A stretch of 64,000 bases of DNA. Origin: Octopus vulgaris. Taxonomy: Eukaryota. The notes below the pieces were generated by a model that made no database searches, was not told the DNA's origin, and saw nothing but the letters and a program-made list of their open reading frames with translations. Positions 38,150 through 50,380 of the stretch are shown one piece after another (position 1 is the first letter of the stretch; each line of letters starts with the position of its first letter). Both the position numbers and the translations under genes were made by a program. Location: the NCBI GenBank assembly GCA_951406725.2, contig OX597814.1, forward strand, positions 53,134,001-53,198,000, read 5' to 3'.

Positions 38150-41012
38150 TGTTGTGAAAATGGCACTCCCATTCCCACGTGACAAAGTGGTATGAAACAG
38201 CCACTATAAATTCAGACAGTCAGTCGTTGGAGAAGGTCAGTAGTAGTAGAGGCGTTGTACGAGTTTTCAGTTAGTGTCAGTGTCAGTTACGTGTTATATA
38301 CGAGTTCGAGTTACCGTGAAGGTAGACATTACAAAGTCATTGTCTTGCGGAACTATCAGCGATAGCGCGATAGATGAGCCAAAGATAATATGACGCAGAA
38401 TACCACCACAACATAATAGTGGCTACAAGAATATTACAGCGCTGACAATAACATACAAGTGGACGAGGATCCATATTATAACAGTGGTGACGATGATATG
38501 AACAATTCACACGGACAACGTTTAAAAATATTTTTTTTTGCACGAGAAAATAATTCATGGGGGACGATGTTGACAAATTTTTCACGTGGAGAAATTGAAA
38601 ACTTGATAGAAGAGTAACAAACATTTTTTTTTTGTAAATATTCTACGAAAAATCCGTAAAATTATGGTAAACTCGTTAACGGATTTATTTGAGTTGCAAA
38701 AACAGCAACAACAATAACTCAAAGAACAAGAACAACAACAAATGTTACAGCAACAAATGTTACAGCAACAAATGCTACAACTAATGAAATTGTAACAAAA
38801 CCGGAAAATACGTTTTCGTCAGACTATGTAGCAAATTCAATAAATGGATTTAAATATGACCCGGAAGAAGGAGTCGCCTTCGAAGCATATTATTGAAGAT
38901 TTGAAGAAAATTTCGAAAAAGAATGCCAAAATTAGACGGACGAAATGAAAACGCATCTAATTCTGAGGAAACTGGCAACGATAGAATATGAGAAATACTG
39001 TAACTGCTTGAAAAAGTTTCTGACATAAATTTCACAGACACACTTGACATTTTATGTAGGATATTTAGTGAAAACACATCGTTATTCAACACTCGTTGGA
39101 AGTGTTTGAACACGGAGAAAAGCGATGACAATGACTTTACCACATATGCAGGTAGAGTGAGCAGAAAGTGCGAAAGATTTAAACTGGATGATCTAACTCC
39201 AGACTCGTTCAAGTGTCTGATTTTTGCATAGAAACTTACTGCTAAAAAGGACTCAGAAATCAGAACGAAAATTCTTGCAAAGCTGGAAATGAACCAATAT
39301 ATAACTCCCCAGAAACTGTCAGATGAGTGCGATGTGATATTAAAAGTAAGGCACAACACAGAAGAAATCCAACGAAGAGGTATTTTTTACAGATAAAACC
39401 AATGTGGAAGAGTCGGAAGATGGATAAAGTGCTTCACAAAAAGCACGATATACAACAGGAGATAAACCCATGCATGGTATGCAGTGGTAGACACCTGAGA
39501 AAAAAGTGTCCGTTCTAAAAAGCTAAGTGTTTTCGTTGCGGGAGCACAATATACATTAGATCTCACTGCAGAACTAAGATGTTGAAAAATTGGACCAAAC
39601 GAGAAAAAATAGTCTGTCATTAGAGAAAAAAAAATGTTTGTACAACGAAGAGAAAATTCATAAAGGTGAGAATCGAAACCACTAGTGCCAAAATGCAATT
39701 AGACACGGGTTGTGACATCACTACCATAAATGAAGAAAGATGGCGACAAATCGGTAAGCTGAAATTACTCAAATCACCAAATAAAGTAGCATATGGTGTT
39801 ACAGGAAATAAATTATATTTCATCTGCGAATGTATTTACAATATAAATTTTCGAGGTGAAACGAAAAGGACAGTTATTTATGTGTTGAAAAAATCACAAA
39901 ACCTGTTTGCCACAGAATGCATGGAGCTATTCAAAATGTGGTACACCCCCATTAGTGTTCTCCGTGAAAATGTAGTCGGCACGGTTAAAAATTTCCAAAT
40001 TTTTTTTTAGAAGGATTAGACTGTTGCATTAAAACAAAAGTGTGGATCGCGGTAAAAGAAGAGGCAACATCTGTTTTTAGGCCCAAACAGAACGTGCCGT
40101 TTGCGGCATTGTACCAGGTCAATAAATAGCTTGAAAGTCAAGCTATAATTGGAAAAGTCGACCACTCAGACTGGGCAGCTCCGACGGTTTATGTAAAAAA
40201 CAAAAATGATAATAAACAGTGTGTGCGGACTTTTCAACTGGATTAAGTGACTGTTTAGTCGAATACAATTATCCATTACAAAACCCAGAAGTGTTCTCAA
40301 AAATAAATGGAGGAAAGAAAAAGTACCAGGAAAGACAATCCAAAATTTTTCAAAATTGGTGATAAGGTATACACGAGGTAGTATAAAAACAGTACAATGT
40401 GCATAGGAAAGAGGATGTACGGAATTAAAAGTAGAAAAAGTATTGAAAAAAGACACAGAAACCAATTGAAGGTCATAGAAAACGAACAAGACAGATTGGT
40501 AGAACCTATGGAATGGCTGTATGACACATTCCAGGTACCAACACCATTACAGGTGGTCGAACCCACGCGTACAAGTGGAAGAAAAAGAAAGAACACAGAA
40601 TTCCTACAAATAGACGCCAAAAAAAAAGAAGAAAATATTAAGTTGGAAAAAGCGCTAGAAAAGGAGGAGGGGTGAATAAAGTTAAATGAAATTACTTGCT
40701 TCCCAAAGAAAGAAAAACTAAAAGGGGAGATGTTGACAAAGTGGTATGAAACAGCTACTATAAAGTCAGTAGTAGTAGCGTCATTGTACGAGTTCTCAGC
40801 TGGAGTCAGTGTCAGATACGTGTTATTTACGAGTTCGAGTTACCGCGGAGGCAGATGTTTCAAAGTCATTATCTTGCGGAGCTATCAGCGATAGCGCGAT
40901 AGATGAGTTCAAGATAATAAGACGCGTAATACCGCCACAATATAATAGTGGTGACAAGAATATTACAGTGCCAACAATAACATACAAGTGGACGAGGATC
41001 CACATTATAACA
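38150..41012 (+). mobile_element. Decayed, internally deleted Ty3/gypsy LTR retrotransposon
   Basis: LTRs TG...CA at 38150-38483 and 40731-41012, ATTAT TSD on both sides, PBS-like TGGTGACGA at 38485, PPT AAAAGGGGAGA before the 3' LTR, and gag/protease/RT remnants. Confidence 0.92.
38650..40290 (+). pseudogene. gag-protease-RT(N-terminal) remnant of the gypsy element
   Basis: LFNTRWKCLN...ERFKL..LTPDSFKCLIF (gag), CMVCSGRHLRKKC and CFRCG (knuckles), MQLDTGCDITTI (aspartic protease), SDWAAPTVYVK...CADFSTGL (RT start). It has stops and frameshifts. Confidence 0.85.
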
Positions 41013-41778
41013 ATTATTAATAATTGTGATTTCTAAATATCTTACAATATTTGGTTTCGTTTTACGTTCTGAGTTCAAATTCCACCGAGGTCGTCATTAC
41101 CTTTCATTCTTTTAGGGTCGATAAAATAAGTACCAATTGAGTGCTGGGGTCGATATATTCGACTTATCCTCTCCCCCCGAAAATGCTGGCCTTGTGCCAA
41201 AATTTGAAAGTAATATTTGTTTCATTCATCTACATTCCGTGTGTGCGAATCCGGTGAAGGTTTGACGTTTTATTCCGCCGGAGCCGATGAAAAGTGCCAT
41301 TAACTCAAGGAATCTTTACAATTAGCTATAAACTTACTCCAACACAAAATTTCCCCATTTTTTGAGCTTAATTAAGAAATTCTCAGAAAAATAGCTGAGG
41401 GGTCCAATGACCAACATCTATTCAGTCATAAGACTAATGTCTTTATGACTTCCAAATATATCACAGTATTCAAATAGATCGCAGTATCATGTAACTTCAA
41501 TCAGCAATCCATTCAGTTTTATAGGTAGACAGAGTAGACCGCGGTTATGAGATTTCAGTGGATTTACCTGGGGAACTCAGAGCGTGTGTTGAAAAATAAT
41601 ATGCAAAATAAATATTGAATAATAAATCGTCATATGCACGGTGATTCAAAAATATGACTTACATATTTATTCTTAATACATTCCGGCAGATTCGAAGGCA
41701 AATATACTAATCGCTGCTGTGTTCGTCACAGGAGAACAGTTTCTCCTTTACGACTAAGCGTTCATTAGCAGAAGGGAT

Positions 41779-41822
41779 TCTGGAACGCCAGTGTTTCGAC
41801 ATGTTGTGCCTCGTCAGTCAGA
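41779..41822 (-). ncRNA. Type I hammerhead ribozyme within a diverged ~280-bp tandem duplication (~41632-42030)
   Basis: Minus strand: TCTGA-CUGACGA-GGCA(caaca)TGTC-GAAA-CACTGGCG-UU-CCAGA, with one mismatch each in stems I and III. Confidence 0.65.
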
Positions 41823-42889
41823 TATATCCGATGGACTTGTTTATAATTTCAGCGTACAAATTATTCACTGATCCAAACAGATATCTGCCAACCGATGATA
41901 AACTGTCATATGAACGGTGAACAACGAGATTCGAAACGGGGATTTGCATATTTAGTCTGAATACGTTCCGGGAGATTAGAACACATATAAACTATTCGCT
42001 GTTGTGTGTGTCACAGGAAAACAGATTTTCAATGTTGACAATGTTACAGATGAGACTTAGGCATTCTTTAACTTTCGATTCAAACACTTTTAATAACCGA
42101 CTGAAATTCATTTTACCTGGCAGGGTAACTATGATTCATTTCTTCAAAGGACGCAAATTTATAACAAGGCTTGAAACATGAGGCATTCTTTTTGTTCAGT
42201 TTGATTCATGTTTCTACTGAAAATATAAACTGAATGTTCTTATTCTTTCTTTGCTAGTTAAGTAAATGTTTATGCTTAGTTTATAAGGTATCTTTTTTCT
42301 TCCTTCCTTCCTTCCTTCCTTCTCTCTTTCTTTCTCTCTTTCTTTCTCTCTCTCTTTGTTTGTTTGTTTGTTTCTTTCTTCCTTCCTTTCTTTCTTTCTA
42401 TTAGTATTATTTGACAACAATTAAGAAGCGCAAAATGCTAAATAACCTTTTAAAGACCAGTACGATAATCAGAGTCACAGGGGTGCTAGGAAATGGGCTG
42501 CATGCTACATACATACATACATACATACATACATACATACATACATACATACGTACGTACGTACATACATACATACATACATACATACATACACACACAT
42601 ATATATATTTTACACACACATATATATATATACATGTATGTATATATAATATAATGTAAATACGTTTATATATGTGTGTGTATATATATATATGAGAGAG
42701 AGAGAAAGAGAGAGAGAGAGAGTGTGTGTGGTTGTATAGTGTCAACATAACGTGACAGTCCCGTATGGGAATTACACCACCGCTGTTTAGCCCTAGGAAG
42801 CATCGACGCTTTCTTTCGTCTTTGACACATTTCCTGTGTCCTTATATTTGTGAAGGGGAGGCAAGCACCCCCACCAGCCAAGATTCACA

Positions 42890-42936
42890 CCTGAGGACAT
42901 GTATGTTTCTGGGTCTTAACTCGTCATCAGCCCAAG
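42890..42936 (-). ncRNA. Type I hammerhead ribozyme (GUC) in the inverted pseudo-LTR
   Basis: Minus strand: CTTGGG-CUGAUGA-cGAGT(taag)ACCCa-GAAA-CATACATG-UC-CTCAGG. Confidence 0.75.
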
Positions 42937-43220
42937 ATAAGACCCAGAAACATGCATGTGCTCAGGTGTGAATCTTGGCTGGTGGGGGTGCTTGCCTCCC
43001 CTTCATAAATATAAGGATACAGGAAATGTGTCAAAGCCGACAGGAAACGTCGATGCTTCCTAGGGCTAAACAGCAGTGAGGTAATTCCCATACGGGACTG
43101 TCACGTTATGTTGACAGTATACAACCACTCTATCGCTCCACCACCGCTCATGTCTCTTTGAAACATTTAGAAATTTTATATTTATAATTACGGTGACCAG
43201 TGAATAGATTTCACTGTAAA

Positions 43221-43262
43221 TATATATGTTTGTGAAGGCTAGACAGGCACGTCAGTCAGTAG
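43221..43262 (+). promoter_or_regulatory. Putative TATA + initiator core promoter for the element ORF
   Basis: TATATAT at 43221 and TCAGT at 43252 are ~31 bp apart, about 130 bp upstream of the ATG at 43382. Confidence 0.4.
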
Positions 43263-43381
43263 ATCTTGCTACATGGAAGTGTTCGTGTCGGTTATTTTGT
43301 ATTGCGTTTGTGCGTTGGATTTGTTGATTATTGTTGTTGAGAACTGTTGCGTCGTGTTGAATTGTTGGAATTTTGTTGGGT

Positions 43382-44763
43382 ATGCAAGCCCAAACTTATG
43401 CGGGAGCAGCAGGCAAAAGCCTGGCTGCAAAAGAACTACAGTTGGAAGAAATAATTATCGAGAAGGAAAATTTGAGGAAATACTACGACAGCTTCAAGAA
43501 GGAAGGTGACTGTCTGAGGGTTACACCACCTGAAGACGAAGTGAAAGAAGCGGAGAAAAAAATCATAACATACAGAACGTGGAATGTGGTCTCACAGAGA
43601 ATAGAAGTAGCAGAGGTGGAAGAGATTGAGAAATGTCTACAGGAAATTAAAGGAAGAACTACCTTCTAGAATAGAGGTAGAAAATACGCTACGGTAGACG
43701 TTCGTTTTGAAAATGAAGACGAAGCTAAGAGAAACGCCACGACAGTATTGAAATCGGAAAAATGGGTTTTACTTTCTAGTTATTGTGGAAAAAGAGCAGT
43801 GAGAATACGGATAAGCAAAATCCCACCGGAACTTGATACCGAAAGAATAGTAGCTGCAATAATCTACAACTGTAAAGAGAGCGTGGACATTCTTAAGGTG
43901 GAAAAGTCGAAAGAAATAAACTGGTGGGGTTATGCGGTGCAGGCTTCGGTCCACATAACCATGCCAGATTTGTATAACATCCCGGAGGAGTTGGTGTTCC
44001 CCGACGAGACACGACTGAAAGTCGTGGTGGAGGGGAGACCTCCAGTATATTATAAATGTAGGAGCAGAGGGCACATGAAGGATGTGTGTCCTCAAAGAGA
44101 AATACAAGAGAAGACGATAACACTGGAGGAAGGAATGGAGACTTTGACAGAAGAGTTAGAAAAGGAGAATGTGGAATTGCAAGCGGAAGAGGAAATCGTG
44201 ATAACAGATAATGTGGAAAGTGGCGACGAGTTGGTGAAGGAGAAAGAAAAGGAAAGAACAGAAGAAAAAGAGGATAGAAAGCAAACATGGGTGGAATCAC
44301 CACCCAAAGACCAAAAAAAGAAAAAAGCTAAAAAGAAGTCTGCCGACGAGATAGAGGATCGAACGCACGAAGGGAGAGATACAGCAACGAAATTGAGTGA
44401 AGTTTCAACGTGGGAGGAAACGAATAAATGGTCAACTAAAGTGGAAGAATGTCTGAAAACATGCAAGGAAGGAGGAAGACCAAAAGGAAAAAATGTCAAA
44501 GCCGTAATGTTGTACAAAAAGGATAAAGAAATCGAGAAAAATTAGCGATAATGAAAAATCTAACGAGAGTGAAATTGAATCCGAAGATATACGATAACCA
44601 AATAAAGGCTGCAATTGTGGATAAAGAGACGGTAAATAAATTAATAAATTTGTTTTCAAATATAGCTGTGGGCATAGCGCACTACGTTCGATATGACAGT
44701 TTGCCCGGCGTTATAGAACAGGATGAATTACTCGCTTGCATTGCTGACGAACGCCACAGATAG
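43382..44763 (+). pseudogene. ~460-codon ORF1/gag-like nucleic-acid-binding protein (RRM-like segments, zinc knuckle, acidic/lysine-rich region), slightly disrupted
   Basis: ORFs 43373-43669 and 43748-44545 share a frame (one TAG between them), and 44551-44763 joins through a 1-nt frameshift in an A run. VVEGRPPVYYKCRSRGHMKDVCP is a CX2CX4HX4C knuckle with the first C replaced by Y, as in L1/Tx1-type ORF1. Confidence 0.75.
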
Positions 44764-44973
44764 TACAATTGTAATTGTAAATGAAACTGCGAGCTTGGGG
44801 GGGGGGGGGGCTCGTAAGCCATTTAATTTAATTCATTGTTAATATTTCATTTCATATCATCCTTTCTGTATTTTTGTTATATGTACCCCATGTCCTGTAT
44901 TGTATTGTTATGTCCCCTCTTCATTCGGGCCATTGTGTCTTTGATAAAAGTTTCAGTCAGCAGATCTCACTAT

Positions 44974-45020
44974 CCTGGGCTGATGACGGGTTAAGACCCA
45001 GAAACATGCATGTGCTCAGG
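44974..45020 (+). ncRNA. Hammerhead fold in the 3' pseudo-LTR (GUG triplet, probably non-cleaving)
   Basis: CCTGGG-CUGAUGA-cGGGT(taag)ACCCa-GAAA-CATGCATG-UG-CTCAGG. Confidence 0.7.
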
Positions 45021-45232
45021 TGTGAATTTTGGCTGGTGGGGGTGCTTGCCTCCCCTTCACAAATATAAGGACACAGGAAACGTGTCAAAGCCGACAGGAA
45101 GCGTCGATGCTTCCTAGGGCTAAACAGCGGTGGTGTAATTCCCATACGGGACTGTCACGTTATGTTGACAGTATACAACCACTCTATCGCTGCACCACCG
45201 CTCATGTCTCTTTGAGACATTTAGAAATTTAA

Positions 45233-45290
<58 letters not shown>

Positions 45291-45304
45291 GAATATATAT
45301 ACCG

Positions 45305-45540
45305 TTGCTATTATGTTAAACTGTCGTATGTTCAAATTTGGCCAAATGCATTTTTTCAATATTATTTTTGCTTGCAATAGCCGGTTCTTTTGGTCAAACT
45401 ATCGAATCTTCAGCTACTCTATATGTCAAGATATCAAAAATTGTCAAAGCGTTGTACAACGGTTCTGCTATGGAATGATGAAACAATCTATATTTTCATT
45501 TTCTGAAAAAGCAACGTTTTGAACTTTTGCATAATAGCAA
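45305..45540. mobile_element. Possible small MITE
   Basis: Short TIRs TTGCTATTATG and CATAATAGCAA between TA tracts. Confidence 0.4.
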
Positions 45541-45559
45541 ATATATATATATATATATC

Positions 45560-45631
<72 letters not shown>

Positions 45632-46404
45632 ATGTGAATACACACACACATACAATATATATATATATTGTAAAGAGAAGAGAAATAAAATAAGAAGTCC
45701 GATGAAAAATCTGATACTACATGTAAATCAATATGAACAATTATAAAAGGAACGGGTAGCAACAGAGTTTAAACGCGTACGTAAGAATCCTAACAATATA
45801 CTGCAAATATGGAAGAAAAAACAAATGATTAAATAAAAGTGAAAAACAGAAAAAAAAAAAAAAAATTCAAAACTAAAAAGTGAAAAGCAAAAAAGAAAAT
45901 CGATGTAACAAGAACAACCGACGTCCAACATGTTTACTTCTATGAAGTGCCAGTTGGAAGGACTAAACTTCACAAACAGAAGAAAAGCAATCAAATATTT
46001 GAAATAGAAGTGGGAGAATATTGGAATAAAATGCAGTCTTGAAGCATAAAATAAACTCAAATTGAAGCTTATTTGAACTACTCCAAGCACTATATGGCCA
46101 TAAGCATACGATGCGTCACTACATTGTTATGAAACTACAGGTAGATTAGAATAAAGTTTATCTCGGCTTAAGCAGCTGAGTCGCTATCAAGGTACACATT
46201 TCCAGTCTTGTGGACTCAAAACAACGCGAAATGCAGCACCTTTCTCTAGGGGAAACACACCACCAGATCTGGGGATTGAATCCACGAAGTAATGATCGCG
46301 AGTCAAACATCCCAGCCGCGCATCCTCACATTACATTACGCTACTCTCTACTAAACTCCATTACGTTACACTCTACTGCACTACTCAACGTTTCACTATT
46401 TTAG

Positions 46405-46823
46405 CTTCAAAATTTGGCACAAGGCCAGCACGTTAGGAAGAAGAGTTAAGTCGATTAGATTAACCTCCAGTGCTCTATTAGTATTTATTTTATGGAACCC
46501 GAAAAGACGAAAGGCAAAGACGACCTCAGGGAATTCGAAGTGAGATCGTGAAGACGGACGAAATGCCGCTCGGCAATTTGCCTGGCGTGCTAACAATTAT
46601 TTCACTATGCTAGTTTCAAATTGTGGCACAAGGCCAGTAATTTCAAGTGAGGGACTAAATCAATTACATCGACCTCAGTGCTCAATTGGTACTCATTTTA
46701 TCGAACTTGAAAGGATGAAAGGCAAAGTCGATCTCGGCGAATTTGAACTCAGATCATAAAGCCGGACGAAATGCCGCTAAGCAATTTGTCTGGCGTGTTA
46801 ACAATTATGTCAAATCGTTGCCT
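46405..46823 (-). mobile_element. Two tandem SINE family A copies
   Basis: TTCAAAATTTGGCACAAGGCCAG tails at ~46406 and ~46615. Confidence 0.8.
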
Positions 46824-47499
46824 TACTATGTATCACTACATTGCCTTCTACTTTACACATACACGCAGGCACACATTCACCCCCCCACACACACACACTC
46901 ACGCACGCACGCACGCACAGAGTCTATAAAATCCAAAATTTAAAATTTACTTCAGATATGTAAAAGACAGAAGCAAACTATAAAACTCACAGTTCAAATC
47001 TTATGAATGACTTTGTATTTCTTTGTATTTCTTCAGGGTCGGCCAAAATAGGTATCGTGTACTTGGGTACACTTAATCGACTATACCTTTTCCTACTGTA
47101 GGAAATAGCTTGTATATGTGTGTGTGTTTGAGAGGAGGAGAGAAGGAGAGATTTGGTTGTTAATTCTAGAAGATCAAGTAAGTTTAAGAGCAACGTCAGA
47201 TGGACAATTACACACTAAATTTCACACGCTGTCAAAATCAGAACAAGAGTTGAGTTGGTGACAGTCTCAGCAGGGTCACAGTGATACAAGATGCGAAATG
47301 ACAACCGCTGGGCGAGAAAACTGACGCACAGTCAACTCGGTCATCTGCAGCTCGCTATTACAGCCATAACAGTTACTATAAATTATTACAGCCATAACAG
47401 TTACTATAAATTATGGGCCAATTATCATCATGCATCATTAACCTCTTCCTTTTTGTTCAAATCGTGATCGCCTCCTCACGATCGCTGTGGTAGTCGTCA

Positions 47500-47693
47500 T
47501 TATCACCCTAGTCGTCGTCGCCGTTGTCGTTGTCGTTGTCATTGTCCATCGCGCCGCCGCCGCCGCCACCACCACCATCACCACCACCACCACCACCACC
47601 ACCACCACCATTTAAGGTAGTTTCTTGCTGCTTGTTTTGCCAATTATTTAGTTTAATACCATAGTGCCAACCGTACACACACGCGCGCGCACG

Positions 47694-47777
<84 letters not shown>

Positions 47778-48500
47778 CTCTCTCTCTCTCGCAAAAACAC
47801 GCTCACGCGCACCCGTTCCCGCTTATCTATCTATCTATCTATCTATCTCTACCTACCTACCTATCTATCTCTACCTACCTACCTATCTACCTACCTACCT
47901 ACTCACCTATCATTCTCTTTCTCTCGCCATCTATCTACCTATCTTCCTACCTACTTATCTACCTGCCTACATACCTACCAACCTACCTGCATATCTCTCT
48001 CTCTCTCTCTCTCTATCTCTATCTATCTATCTATTTGTCTGTCTGTCTGTCTATTTATTTACCTACCTATCTACCTACTTACGAACCTATCTACCTACCT
48101 CCCCCTCCCTCTCTACTACCTCTCTCTCTCTACATCCCTACCTACCTACCTACCTACCTTCCTACCTACCTACCACCACCACCACCACCACCACCACTAC
48201 CACCATGTCACCACCTCCACCACTACAGCCACCGACACACTACAACCACCGCCAACACCCCACCACCACCGCCATCGCTGCCACCACAACAGGTTTATCG
48301 GCAATACTATCATTATTACTGACCGACTACTACCTCTACTACCACTGCTGCTGCAACTCCTCTGCCCCGACTACTTTCCATTTTTTTCCCACCCGCCCTA
48401 TCGCAATGACTATCAGTACTCATATTTGTCAACATCATAATGAGCACTAATATCTTCATCACTTACATCATCATCAGCATCACCACTACCGTCTTCTTCA
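47500..48500. repeat. Compound simple-repeat tract (GTC/CAC trinucleotides, CA, TC, TATC/TACC)
   Basis: Directly visible. Confidence 0.9.
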
Positions 48501-49053
48501 TCACCGATGACGCAATCATCAAGTACCAGCCGTGATAACCCCGACTACATTACAGTTGTCACTACCGACTCCAACACCACCGAAAATTCGATATCAAACG
48601 AATATTCAAACACCATCTGTGAAAATAAAGAAAGCAGTATTGACAGATACCTAACGCTTAGGTTAACTTGGGTAGCAAATGAAAAATGGTTCTGTAGAAT
48701 ATATGTTGCTTCGAGTGTCAAAACTGCACCCGGCGCACTCTGTTAATTACTGCTGAGAGATTTATGGGGTTTTTTCAACACGTTGTTACTTCATCCTTTG
48801 GCTCGCACGAAGCTCTGACAGATTATCCGTTAAAAGTAAGATTGATTTCCTTCCTTCCCACACGTGTGCGTATTGTGAGTGTGTGTGTGTGTGTGTATGT
48901 GTGGGTGTTAGCATGTGCGCGCGCTGTGAGGAAACCTGTCGTGTGTGTGCGTGTGCGTGTATATATATATATGTATGTAAGTGTATGTATATATTTTTTT
49001 ATTCTTTTACTTGCTTCAGATATTTGACTGCGGCCATGCTGGAGCACTGCCTT

Positions 49054-49088
<35 letters not shown>

Positions 49089-49091
<3 letters not shown>

Positions 49092-50150
49092 GTTGTTTCA
49101 CATGAAATGTCGCTTTTTTAATTACTTGTTATTTCAATCATTTAAAAACTTAATTATGGTAATGGTTTTATTGACATCAGAACTGTTCAAAGATGGTTCC
49201 AAAACTCTCGTTCAGGTGATGATAGCCTTGAAAATAAACTAGCGCGTAGGCCAACATCATTTATTCGGCATGATGGATTAAATGCTTTGGTTGAACAAAA
49301 TCCAAGAACAAAGGTTCGAAAACTTTCATCAGAACTCCAAACATCTCGCACAACTGCTTTTGGACACCTGTAAAAATTTGGAAAAGTCAAGAAAACAGAT
49401 AGGTTTGTTCTACATCAATTGAACGAGATTTAAAAAAGCAGACGCCTCGAAATGTGCTCCTTGTTGCTTTCTTGACTGGAAAAAGACCATTTTTGCATCA
49501 AATTATTACTTGTGATGAGAAATGGATACTCTTTGACAACAGCAGGAGAACAGCACAGTGATTAGATGCAGGAGTGTCACCTCAGCACAACCCAAACCCA
49601 CCATTGCACCCTAAAATGTTAGTGGTCACTGTATGGTGGTCTGCGAAGGGAGTTATTCATTATTCATTTTTGCAACAAGGAAAAACGGTAACAGCAACAT
49701 CATATTGCCAGGAAATTGATTGTATGCATGAGAATTTGAAAAAGAAGCAACCCAGACTAGTGAATAGAGATGGTCCAATTTTGCTTCACGACAATGCACG
49801 TCCTCACACTCCTCAAGCTACGGTACAGAAGTTGCAAAGCCTGAATTATGAGATTTTGCAACATCCTTCCTATTCCCCTGATATCTCTCCTACTGATCAT
49901 TTATTTAAGCATTTTGAGCTTTTCATAAGCAATAAAACATTCTTAAATAGAGAAGAGGTAATTGAAGCACTCGGACGGTTTACCACAGCGGAAGATGAAT
50001 TACTTTTAAAAATGGAATATATGACACAGAGAAACGTTGGGTAAACGTCATAAATGAACATGGATCATACTTTGATTAAATAAATCAGTTCTGTAACATT
50101 TCTGAAACATTTTTACTTTTCAAATACGACATTTCATGTGAAACAACCCA
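49089..50150 (+). mobile_element. Mariner (DD34D-type) transposon, internally deleted, with a pseudogenised transposase
   Basis: TIRs GGTTGTTTCACATGAAATGTCG and CGACATTTCATGTGAAACAACC. Motifs ITCDEKW, LLHDNARPH and HPSYSPDISPTD are present, with stops. Confidence 0.92.
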
Positions 50151-50205
50151 CTCTTTCTTTCATATCTTATCTAGAATAACTATTGCTTAACCATTTTCTC
50201 ACACC

Positions 50206-50253
50206 GTTTCCGATGAAGGGATGTATAAAATATCCCGGAAACAGCTGTAAGAC
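50206..50253 (+). ncRNA. Hammerhead ribozyme (U4>C variant) in a short TA-ended repeat at ~50151-50312
   Basis: GTTT-CCGAUGA-aGGGAT(gtataaaat)ATCCCg-GAAA-CAGCTG-UA-AGAC, with a palindromic stem III. Confidence 0.65.
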
Positions 50254-50310
50254 CTATTTATAAATGTTCTGAAATCTTTACAGCCTTGGATCTTTATCTC
50301 ATTCTATTAA

Positions 50311-50380
<70 letters not shown>

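Larger units (their letters stand above)
42728..45236 (+). mobile_element. RT-less element: inverted pseudo-LTR + direct pseudo-LTR + ORF1/gag-like gene + pseudo-LTR, with hammerheads in the repeats
   Basis: ~42938-43182 repeats directly at ~44992-45236, and 42728-42938 is the reverse complement of ~44972-45183. The flanks are microsatellites. Confidence 0.85.

Noticed and set aside
47220-47420. Homeodomain-like motifs and a 29-bp tandem duplication as a conserved enhancer (similar motifs at ~48745-48850)
   Set aside because: Short AT-rich motifs are uninformative without cross-species alignment.
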